The translations under genes and the position numbers were made by a program. Shown one piece after another: positions 40,108 to 48,631 of a stretch of DNA of 64,000 nt. Positions within the stretch are counted from its first letter, which is position 1. Every line of letters starts with the position of its first letter. The notes under the pieces were generated by a model. It had not been told where the DNA came from. It saw nothing but the letters and a program-made list of their open reading frames with translations, and ran no database searches. Origin of the DNA: Candidatus Hermodarchaeota archaeon (GTDB taxonomy: Archaea > Asgardarchaeota > Lokiarchaeia > Sigyniarchaeales > SOKP01); assembly GCA_048885525.1 (NCBI GenBank), contig JBHLLP010000015.1, positions 1 to 64,000 on the forward strand, written 5' to 3'.

Positions 40108-41313
40108 TTATTCTCCTAATACTTTATGCCTCCATGATTCAGAATATTTTTTAGTTCTCTCATCAAATTTTAATTCCATAAACTTACTTTCTAATTTGTT
40201 ATATTCAGAAACTAATAATGTACTTGCTTCGTGAGCTCCTTTTAAACATAAAGGATAACCTCTGGGGGAATAAGGCATTATATTCTGTAATATATATTTT
40301 GCATCTTTTGTATCTAAGAAATCTGGTATGTCAAATCTTAAAGCTGCGCTATTTTTTTGTATTCTAGCGATATATGCCTTACTTTTAGTATACGCTGAAA
40401 GGTCTGGCATTTCTACCAAAAAACTTTTTTCTTTCATAATTTCTGACCAAATTGGCAAAATAAAATTACCTTGTGCATCCCTTAATCTACAAGTTTTGGA
40501 AATTGTATAATAATGTATATTATAAGATTCAACAAATTTAAAAAAGAATTTAGTAAAAGCTTGCGGTGGAAAAATATGATGCCGAAACATTTGAATTCCA
40601 TCACCTAGGAATACTACGTTTTCAACTTTTCCCCAATTACTTTCCTCTTTTATTCTTATAAGTGATTTCAAAATTTCATCAGCAGTTCTTATTCTATCAA
40701 CTACATGCGCTATAGAAGGATAATAAAATGCATGGTTATCTATAGCACTCTTTATTTTATTACTAAAAGTAGTTTCATACCATTCTTCTAATTCATCAAT
40801 AAAATTTTTCAAATCTCCAATATAGAAGATCTTTTTAATTGTTTTAACGAAATTTTCAATAACAGTTTGATAAATAATTAGTTTATGTTCGTTATCTTCA
40901 ATATAAGTAGAAATTGGTTTATACATTATTTTTTCAATATTATACTTTCCATCTGTGAGAGTAACTTGACCTTCTCCAAACTTAAATGATCCTAATATAG
41001 CATAAGTTCCAGACTTTGTGTTTGAGCTCTCATCAAACCCGATAATTTTAAATCCCTTATCTACATAATCAATTAAACTTTCTTCAATTCTGATATAAGG
41101 CATTTCGCTAAAGTGGGCTCCTGTATTTCTGAGTTTTTCTTCAGCACTACTAGTGGGATCGGGATCTTCTAACTCTTTTTTTTCTTCTTCTGTCCATGTA
41201 ATCTTATTAGATTTTATAAATTCCTTAAATTGTTTAATGTCGGGATCAAAAGATCCTTCCGGTCTATTATTAATCGACTCTTCCAATGATATTAATTCAA
41301 AATCGAATGAAAT
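40108..41313 (-). CDS. nurA: NurA-like 5'-3' nuclease; start ATT 41313 or TTG 41286
   Basis: IIGFDES, VFLGDG, ISKT, GYPLCLKGAH NurA motifs; lies between herA and mre11. Confidence 0.75.
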   Translation of the reverse strand: MSFDFELISLEESINNRPEGSFDPDIKQFKEFIKSNKITWTEEEKKELEDPDPTSSAEEKLRNTGAHFSEMPYIRIEESLIDYVDKGFKIIGFDESSNTKSGTYAILGSFKFGEGQVTLTDGKYNIEKIMYKPISTYIEDNEHKLIIYQTVIENFVKTIKKIFYIGDLKNFIDELEEWYETTFSNKIKSAIDNHAFYYPSIAHVVDRIRTADEILKSLIRIKEESNWGKVENVVFLGDGIQMFRHHIFPPQAFTKFFFKFVESYNIHYYTISKTCRLRDAQGNFILPIWSEIMKEKSFLVEMPDLSAYTKSKAYIARIQKNSAALRFDIPDFLDTKDAKYILQNIMPYSPRGYPLCLKGAHEASTLLVSEYNKLESKFMELKFDERTKKYSESWRHKVLGE

Positions 41314-41340
41314 TTAAATCACCCAATTTAATTATCAAAA

Positions 41341-43092
41341 TCAAGGTAGTCCTGTTGGTGGAGGACCTGGACTCATATCTTTCATTTTTTTAGAAAAATC
41401 TTCATAAAAGAATTTTGATTTAGTTTCAAAATAATCATCATATAGAGGAATTTTAAGTTTTTGGAAGTTAGTGAGCCAAATTCCTGAGATTAATGCAATT
41501 CCAACTGTACCAGTAAGAGATTCAAGATCACTTTGTTGAACTCCACCACCAATACTCCGTGCAGCTACTTGTTTTTCTTTGTCAGATCTCAATGGTAAGT
41601 TAATTACAGTATTCATATTAGATAATATTGTGTCATCTATAGGGGAATATTGTTGAGAAATAACTTCTAGAGCTAAATTAAACTTTCTTCCTTGACGAGA
41701 AATATCTTTGAACACATTACTAAATCTCATCATTTCAGGTCTCAATATACTAGGTGCTTCTTCAATTGTAAATATAATTATGGGTAAATCAGTTGGGTCT
41801 TTAACTTCCTTTCCACTTTTGATGTATAATTTATCAATTGAGTTTTCATAGTTTTTATAGAAATTTTCGGGTAATGTTTGTTTAAGTTTTGTTTTTAATG
41901 TGTTAATATCCGTAGATGATTTTAATGCCTTTCTAATATCAAAAAGGGTTCTAGCTAACACGCTATTGAACAAAAATTGCTCTAAATCTGAGATCATAGA
42001 CACATTAAATATAATTATTCCACCTTTTTCTAGCTTTTTCACAATCTCTGGTAATTTGCTACTTGCATTAGATCGAAACATCTCAGAATATTCTAACCAA
42101 GCAAGTCTCCTTCTAACGGCTGCCATAGTAGCATCACTATGTCCTCCACGTAAAGGAGAATATCCTTCTGTTAAAAGATTCTCAATATAATTTTCATGGT
42201 TCTCATTATATGCTGAATGAACAGCTCCTACTTGTAAATCATTAAAAGTTCCTGTCGCGTATAAGTCAACAGGTTTTATTTCTTGATAGTTAATAATACA
42301 AGGTTGAGCCATACTTTTTATTGGAGCCGGAGGTATTCCTTTATTAGGATAAAGATAAAACCAACTTCCAATAAGCTTTTTGTTATAATCTACGGCTTTG
42401 CAAATATCATTGACTCCATATTTTAAACATCCTAGAGCATATTCATCATGCATATCAATCGCTAACATAGAGATTTTCGTTCCCTTTCCATTTAAAATAA
42501 CATGGGCATTATGCTGCAAGAGACCATCAAGAAATACTTGGTTTAAATTCGATTTCCCAGTACCTGTTGCTCCGGCAATGAAAAAATGATACATAAGATA
42601 TTTATAGGGGAAATAGACATTTACATTGGCTTCGGAAGCCAATGAACCCATATACACACCATCTGGAGTAAATATGGTCTCTAAATAGTCAGCTTTATCA
42701 TCTTGAATTTCAGAGATTTCCATGGAATGGGGTTTTAATACTCCTTTTTCCATAATATCTTCAATAAGAAAGAAAACATTTGAAGTGAAATTATTTTCTT
42801 TTTTAGACTTTTTATCTCTCTCCGTGAGAATTATCGGGCGTCCTTGAATCACATATTGTAATTCAGTCTCAAGCTCTGCGGTAATGTATTCTGTCATTTT
42901 AACATTCTTTAACTTTTGCCGAGTCATTATATAATCTTGAATAGTGTATTCTTTTAGGATTTGGATTATTATTGTATAATCTTTTTTTTCAGTTTCATCT
43001 TTAGCCTCTAATTTAACAAACCCATGAAGATGTACATATTTCTCATGAAATATTTCAATAACACTTTCTGTTGGATTTATTCTAATTATCAT
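41341..43092 (-). CDS. herA: HerA/FtsK-family ATPase
   Basis: HFFIAGATGTGKS, IDMHDEY, IEEAP, ISRQGRKF, ISQ. Confidence 0.9.
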   Translation of the reverse strand: MIIRINPTESVIEIFHEKYVHLHGFVKLEAKDETEKKDYTIIIQILKEYTIQDYIMTRQKLKNVKMTEYITAELETELQYVIQGRPIILTERDKKSKKENNFTSNVFFLIEDIMEKGVLKPHSMEISEIQDDKADYLETIFTPDGVYMGSLASEANVNVYFPYKYLMYHFFIAGATGTGKSNLNQVFLDGLLQHNAHVILNGKGTKISMLAIDMHDEYALGCLKYGVNDICKAVDYNKKLIGSWFYLYPNKGIPPAPIKSMAQPCIINYQEIKPVDLYATGTFNDLQVGAVHSAYNENHENYIENLLTEGYSPLRGGHSDATMAAVRRRLAWLEYSEMFRSNASSKLPEIVKKLEKGGIIIFNVSMISDLEQFLFNSVLARTLFDIRKALKSSTDINTLKTKLKQTLPENFYKNYENSIDKLYIKSGKEVKDPTDLPIIIFTIEEAPSILRPEMMRFSNVFKDISRQGRKFNLALEVISQQYSPIDDTILSNMNTVINLPLRSDKEKQVAARSIGGGVQQSDLESLTGTVGIALISGIWLTNFQKLKIPLYDDYFETKSKFFYEDFSKKMKDMSPGPPPTGLP

Positions 43093-43248
43093 TTTTATCT
43101 TTATTCTTATCTCTTATGAACTAATAATATTATTCAATCTAAATAAATAAAAAATTGTATTAATCCAAGCTTACATTTATTATTAAGTCTTTTGAACATA
43201 TTATTTGTTGTTATAAATAAAATTCTAGGACCTAACAAATTTAGTAGT

Positions 43249-45384
43249 CTATAATAGATCTAATGCTGATTTGAATAAATCTTGCTTATCAATTTGTCTT
43301 TTTTTTTTATTAGATTTAAATTGAACTGACGACCTTTTGTAAACCTTCTGTTTTAATTCTGAAATAAATTGGGAGATTCTTACTACTTGAGGCCCTCTGT
43401 ATGTATTTTTAATCGATGGGGAAATAAGATATAATTGATCTTTTGCCCTTGTTATTGCAACATAAAATACTCTACGTTCTTCTTCGAATGCCTCTTGATC
43501 TCCTATGCTTCTGTTTGAGGGAAATGAATCTTCACATAACATAGGAATAAATACAACTCGCCACTCAAGTCCTTTGGCTCTATGTATTGTAGATAATATC
43601 AATGGATTTTCTTCCTCTCTTTGTTCCCCCGCATGGACAGTCTTAGACTCTAAATTAGATAAATTTAAACTTAAATTTTCTAAGAATTTTCGAATAGTAG
43701 GAAAACTTTGGGCATAAATACTTAGTTGTTTTAAATCGTCTATGCGATCTTGCCAATTATCGTATTTTGACTTTAAATGATCCTCAAGAATTTTTACTAA
43801 ATCTCCAATGACCTCAGAGGGATTGTCATCAGGAGAAAAATCGATCAGTTTTTTTACATAAGATATTAAATTTTTTATTCCCTCCTTAGAAATACGAGAT
43901 CCTTTTAATTTCTCAGCGTAAAACATTTTATTGATTAAAGAATCGATTGGATGTTCTATATTAGATATTGCTTCAAATATTTTTGAGCCCGAAGAAGTTC
44001 CTATCCCCTGAATAATTGAAAATATTCTAGACCATGATACTTCGTCATGAGGGTTCTCAATTATTCTTAAATGAGCTAACATATCTTTAATATGGGCTCT
44101 TTCAAAAAAAGCCACTCCCGCACGAACTTCATAAGGTATATTCTTTGCTTGTAATTCGATTTCAATTCTTAGAGTATGAGACGCTGCTCTAACCAATATT
44201 GCCATTTCTTCTAAATCAAATCCATCTGAGCGTAATTTTAAAATCTGGTTAGCAACGAATCGTGCTTGATCTATATCATCTCCTAAATTTACTTGATATG
44301 GCAACACACCTTTAAGACGTGTGGGTCGCATATATTTTTTAAATTGATTTTCATTATGTTCTATTGAGTTATTTGCTAAATTTAATATCTCAGGTATACT
44401 TCGATAATTATATGTTATAGTATATCTCTTGCAATTCTTATATCTTTTTTCAAAATTGAGAATATTTTGAAAGTTTGCCCCTCTGAATGCATAGATGCTT
44501 TGAGCGTCATCTCCTACTGCGATAATATTTTGATTTGGATTCTGTTTTACTATTTTATATATTATTTCATCTTGAATATAGTTAGTATCTTGGTATTCAT
44601 CCACAAGAACAAATTTTATATTCTTGGCAATTAATTGAGCTACGGTTCTTTCATCTAATAACTGATTCCAATATATTAACAAATCATCGAAGTCAACTAA
44701 ATTATCCTGAGCTTTCTTCTCTCGATAAATCTTAAAAACTTCTTCTAATTTTTTAATGACATTTTCACTATCGAATTGAGAATATTTCCAAAGAATAACA
44801 TCTTTAATTGATTTATTACAATTAATAGAAAATGATAAAATATCTTTTGCTATCCTAGAAGTAGGAAAACGCTCTTCGATTTCTTGTACATTTGATTTCT
44901 CGATTGACAGTTTCATTAACGCTCGTGCGTCAGTTTCATCCATTATAATATAATTTGCTTTCAAACCTAACGTTTTTGCATATCTTCGAATAAATCGATT
45001 TGCAATTGAATGAAAAGTTCCACCCCAAATTCCTTTTGGACGCTTTCCTAAAAGTGTTTCCACACGTTTTACCATTTCATTTGCTGCCTTATTAGTAAAA
45101 GTTACAAGCATGATTTCAGTTGGTCTTATTCCTGACAACAATAATTTTGCAACTGAATAAGTAATTGTTCTCGTTTTGCCACTTCCAGCACCTGCTATAA
45201 CTAACATTGGTCCTTTAATGTTATTAATGATTTTAAGTTGTTCCTCATTTAAATCTTCTTTAAAATTGATTTCATTATATTCTTCAAGAACTTCTGGTAT
45301 TTCTTCTTCTAAAGATTCTGCATAATCCTCCTCATAAAACTCAAATACGTATTCCTCTTCTACTTTATCTTTTTGCTGATTCAA
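43249..45384 (-). CDS. uvrD: UvrD/Rep/PcrA SF1 helicase
   Basis: AGAGSGKT, TFTNKAA, TFHS, DEYQD, VGDDAQSIYAFRGA, NYRS, TIHRAKGLEW, YVAITRAK. Confidence 0.96.
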   Translation of the reverse strand: MNQQKDKVEEEYVFEFYEEDYAESLEEEIPEVLEEYNEINFKEDLNEEQLKIINNIKGPMLVIAGAGSGKTRTITYSVAKLLLSGIRPTEIMLVTFTNKAANEMVKRVETLLGKRPKGIWGGTFHSIANRFIRRYAKTLGLKANYIIMDETDARALMKLSIEKSNVQEIEERFPTSRIAKDILSFSINCNKSIKDVILWKYSQFDSENVIKKLEEVFKIYREKKAQDNLVDFDDLLIYWNQLLDERTVAQLIAKNIKFVLVDEYQDTNYIQDEIIYKIVKQNPNQNIIAVGDDAQSIYAFRGANFQNILNFEKRYKNCKRYTITYNYRSIPEILNLANNSIEHNENQFKKYMRPTRLKGVLPYQVNLGDDIDQARFVANQILKLRSDGFDLEEMAILVRAASHTLRIEIELQAKNIPYEVRAGVAFFERAHIKDMLAHLRIIENPHDEVSWSRIFSIIQGIGTSSGSKIFEAISNIEHPIDSLINKMFYAEKLKGSRISKEGIKNLISYVKKLIDFSPDDNPSEVIGDLVKILEDHLKSKYDNWQDRIDDLKQLSIYAQSFPTIRKFLENLSLNLSNLESKTVHAGEQREEENPLILSTIHRAKGLEWRVVFIPMLCEDSFPSNRSIGDQEAFEEERRVFYVAITRAKDQLYLISPSIKNTYRGPQVVRISQFISELKQKVYKRSSVQFKSNKKKRQIDKQDLFKSALDLL

Positions 45385-45399
45385 TTTTACATGCTATTG

Positions 45400-46467
45400 T
45401 TATTTTATTATTAACTTATGTAGTAAAGCTTTACTCCACTCTAATATATCGGGGAAATTGGCTCTTTTTTCTGCCATAAATTTTTCTCTATTAAAGGAAA
45501 TATATTTCTTTCCATCTCGTGTAACAATATTTGAAAATTTATATATAGGTTCATATGATAAGAGTTTTATATCAAAAGTCTCTCCAAATTTTTCAAAGGA
45601 AACTGGTGAATTGTTTACAATAAATTACAGGACTTGTAAAGCTATTATATCTATAAATTCTAAATCCCTTAACTCTTTACCAACAATTTCTTCCCAGCAA
45701 TCCTTATATAACTTAACAAATAAATCATGCCTTCTTTCAACTTCTTTAATTGAAATTTCTTTTGTAAGAATGATTTCAGAAATTCTTTCCCTCCAATCTG
45801 TAGGCAACCATTCAAGCGAGTAGGAATAATTTAAAGCCCACTTTTCATAAGGAGGGTATTCATTATTAGCTAAAAAAACCAAACCAATTAATCCTGATAT
45901 TGCGCTACTTATTAATTGATTAGCTGCTAAAAGATCACCCCTCTTAATCCATTGTGATATAACTATATTCCCCACATAAACACATTTTCCAAAATATTCT
46001 GAGATGCAACGTACTTTTTCTGATGAAGAAAAAACATCTTTTTCATTAAATAAATCCTTAACCTTATTATCTGGATCAAATAGTATTTCATTATAGGATG
46101 CATCCCACTTTTTAATTAAATCCCAATTTTCTTTAACTTCCTGTTCAAATGATAAGAACTCCACATCGATATAATTACCCTTCCATAATGCATCACTTTG
46201 AGGAATAGGCCCCATACCTATAATCCAGTCATTATAAATATGATCTTCAAGATATACATTCAGATCAATTTCAGATAATTCGTCAGCATATCCTCTACTA
46301 AGACCTCCGCAAAGAGTTATCCCTATTACTCCATTTTCTTTTGCGAGATCATTTGCGATCTTTTTTGCTTCTTTAAGCATCTCATCATATTTTCCCTTTG
46401 AGGAAATCTTGCCATAGGGCCTTTTTACCCTGTTTCTAATGCCAACTGTTTCCTTAAATAATTCCAT
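45400..46467 (-). pseudogene. Pol-beta-type nucleotidyltransferase (DUF4037-like) with one internal TAA at 45625-45627
   Basis: GGLSRGYADELSEIDL (GS/DxD-type motif), PYEKW. After TAA the frame continues 74 sense codons to TAA at 45402-45400. Confidence 0.65.
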
Positions 46468-46569
46468 AATTAAACAATAATATTTTATTCAAAAATATTT
46501 AATAATTCAATAAAATTGATACTTTCACTTAATAAATTAAATAATATTACCTAAAAATAAAAAATTAAC

Positions 46570-46863
46570 TTATACCAGCCCAACTAGCACTTTAAACGCA
46601 ACAGTTTCTTCTTTTTCATCAACAGTACTAATTGAAAAGGTTATATCGTATTTGTCTCTTATATGTGGTGCTGCTTGTGCTGAAATGAATTTCATGCGAG
46701 TATTTGTGTTTTTTCCTTCCCAAATCCAGACTTTTTTATTATGTACGTCTACAAACAATAGAATTTCATCAGAATCTAATAATTCAAATAAAGGAACATT
46801 TTCCTTGACTTCTAATTTTTCAAAATCTTCTAATTCTTCCTTAAATTGATATACAAATATCAA
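46570..46863 (-). CDS. Single-domain gelsolin-like protein
   Basis: LLDSDEILLFVD..NKKVWIWEGK....RMKF.SA..A..I......VDE..E...F matches the gelsolin repeat pattern. Confidence 0.85.
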   Translation of the reverse strand: MIFVYQFKEELEDFEKLEVKENVPLFELLDSDEILLFVDVHNKKVWIWEGKNTNTRMKFISAQAAPHIRDKYDITFSISTVDEKEETVAFKVLVGLV

Positions 46864-47078
46864 AATTTAATCGCTTGAATTTCTTCTTTGTAATATTATA
46901 ATATTATTCTATCTTGTTTGTTTATAAATCTTTAATATATAGAAATCCATATCTTTATAAATTCCATAAAATATAGAGATTCTAATTTAAGATTTTTCTT
47001 TAGATCATAAATATTACAAAGATAATTTAAAATTTAACAAGGTAATTGTTTAAATAAGATAAACTTTTATTAGGTTTC

Positions 47079-47447
47079 TCAAAAATCTTTTTGAAATCTT
47101 CTTCTTCTTAATGTTGAAATGAGGTGACCTCTTGATAAAAGTTGGATCCCAAATTGCGAACTATATTCTCTAGAAAAGTCAGTAATAACATTACAAATCA
47201 TGATTCCACCTTCGATATTAGTATCAATACAAGCTTTATGAAGTTGCCTTAACTGTGTGATAGAAATTTCTCTCTTCCAATCTCTGATGAAAACTCCAAA
47301 TGTACTAAGTCTATTTTTTATAATCGCATCAAAAGTCCAAGCCTTACCAGATTGTCCTTTTTTTTGTACTGGACCATTTAAAAACTCATATTTCTCTGAA
47401 AATACATTTCTAGCTAATTCTATTAAGTCCTTATCTCCTAATGACAT
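47079..47447 (-). CDS. Stand-alone Mrr_cat/PD-(D/E)XK-fold protein, probably inactive
   Basis: G.SG...FD, then GGIMIC..IT.......GIQLL; ATG 47447 follows GGGTGT. Confidence 0.7.
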   Translation of the reverse strand: MSLGDKDLIELARNVFSEKYEFLNGPVQKKGQSGKAWTFDAIIKNRLSTFGVFIRDWKREISITQLRQLHKACIDTNIEGGIMICNVITDFSREYSSQFGIQLLSRGHLISTLRRRRFQKDF

Positions 47448-47622
47448 GAACACACCCAATTTTTTCTAAAAAGATAACCTAATATGTATTACTTATATGA
47501 TATTTCAATATTTATCTGAATATTATTTAAGATGGTGTATTACGTAGAAAACATATTTAAAATACAATACAGACAGCAGTTAAGTAAATGCCGACAAAAA
47601 TAGCTGAAATTTATTAGAGAAT

Positions 47623-48441
47623 TTAGTCTAAAATTGTGTTAAATTCTAATAATTTAAAGAAAGGATATTCTCCCTCAGAATCAGGATTTCTTTTTACATA
47701 ATTTAATAAATTTTTTTTTAAAAAATCAAGCAATCTTTTTGATATCTCTTCACATATAGATTGACATTCTAAGAAATTCTTATTTAAAATAAATTCACAT
47801 TTGTTATCTTTTTCTTCACAAAATTTTTTCACTTGTAATGTTAGTCCTTGGGCAGGTAAAATTGAAATACAATCCCAAGTATCCTTAAAACCAGATAGTT
47901 GACTTGGAGGTGTACATTTTAATAAGCTTCTTAAATTATTTTCACAAAAATTATTATTTAATCTTGTGTTAATGGCTCTAACTTCTTTTTTAGCTTCAAG
48001 TTTACAAAGAAAGACATAATATTGTAATAACTCTTCTGCTTTTCTAGCTTTTTTAGTATTTATTATTTTCCATCCATTGGCTCTTTTACAGCTGATATCT
48101 TTAAGTATAGGATTAGAAAAATTAGTAGGGTAAATCCAACATTGAGGAGGTTTAATCCCTGAATTATGAACTAGACAACCATTTATTTTTTTATCATATA
48201 GGAAACATTTTCCCTTCATATCATCGAATCTTAATTTAAAGCTAAACACATCACCTCTAGTGAAATCATTTTTATTTGCATATCCTTGTTTTATATACTC
48301 TTCTGCCAGAATTTTGGGGACATTGATCTTGATTGAACAACAATCACCATGACAAATAGATATGCAGTTAGGACCTTCAATTGCTGATTTCATTAGCTTG
48401 TTATATTCTTTAACAATTTGCCAGAATTTGTCGTTAACCAC
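47623..48441 (-). CDS. YkgJ-like (CxxCxxCC) Fe-S/zinc-binding protein
   Basis: CISICHGDCC, C.LY, CLVH..KPPQCWIYP. Confidence 0.8.
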   Translation of the reverse strand: MVNDKFWQIVKEYNKLMKSAIEGPNCISICHGDCCSIKINVPKILAEEYIKQGYANKNDFTRGDVFSFKLRFDDMKGKCFLYDKKINGCLVHNSGIKPPQCWIYPTNFSNPILKDISCKRANGWKIINTKKARKAEELLQYYVFLCKLEAKKEVRAINTRLNNNFCENNLRSLLKCTPPSQLSGFKDTWDCISILPAQGLTLQVKKFCEEKDNKCEFILNKNFLECQSICEEISKRLLDFLKKNLLNYVKRNPDSEGEYPFFKLLEFNTILD

Positions 48442-48631
48442 AGTATTCTAAATTAATTTTTTTATTATTTTTATTCAAAATGATTTATTATGATTTAAAA
48501 TTCATATATAAAATATCTTTCTATGTAAATAACTTTAAATTAGCATAATTTTTTTATTTAGTAAATTTTGATAACAAATTTAGTATAAGAGTTTCTAATT
48601 TTAAATCATACAAATAAGAGAAGATTATCGA

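Noticed and set aside
45422-45435. Perfect 14-bp palindrome AGTAAAGCTTTACT
   Set aside because: Single occurrence inside the read-through coding segment; a uvrD operator role cannot be supported.
45458-45823. 121-aa plus-strand ORF
   Set aside because: It is the antisense shadow of the interrupted nucleotidyltransferase frame, which explains this interval better.
36687-47447. HerA + SMC-like + UvrD + nucleotidyltransferase + Mrr as an anti-phage defence island
   Set aside because: HerA-NurA-Mre11-Rad50 is the standard archaeal repair set, the Mrr-like protein looks inactive, and there are no mobility genes or obvious compositional shift.
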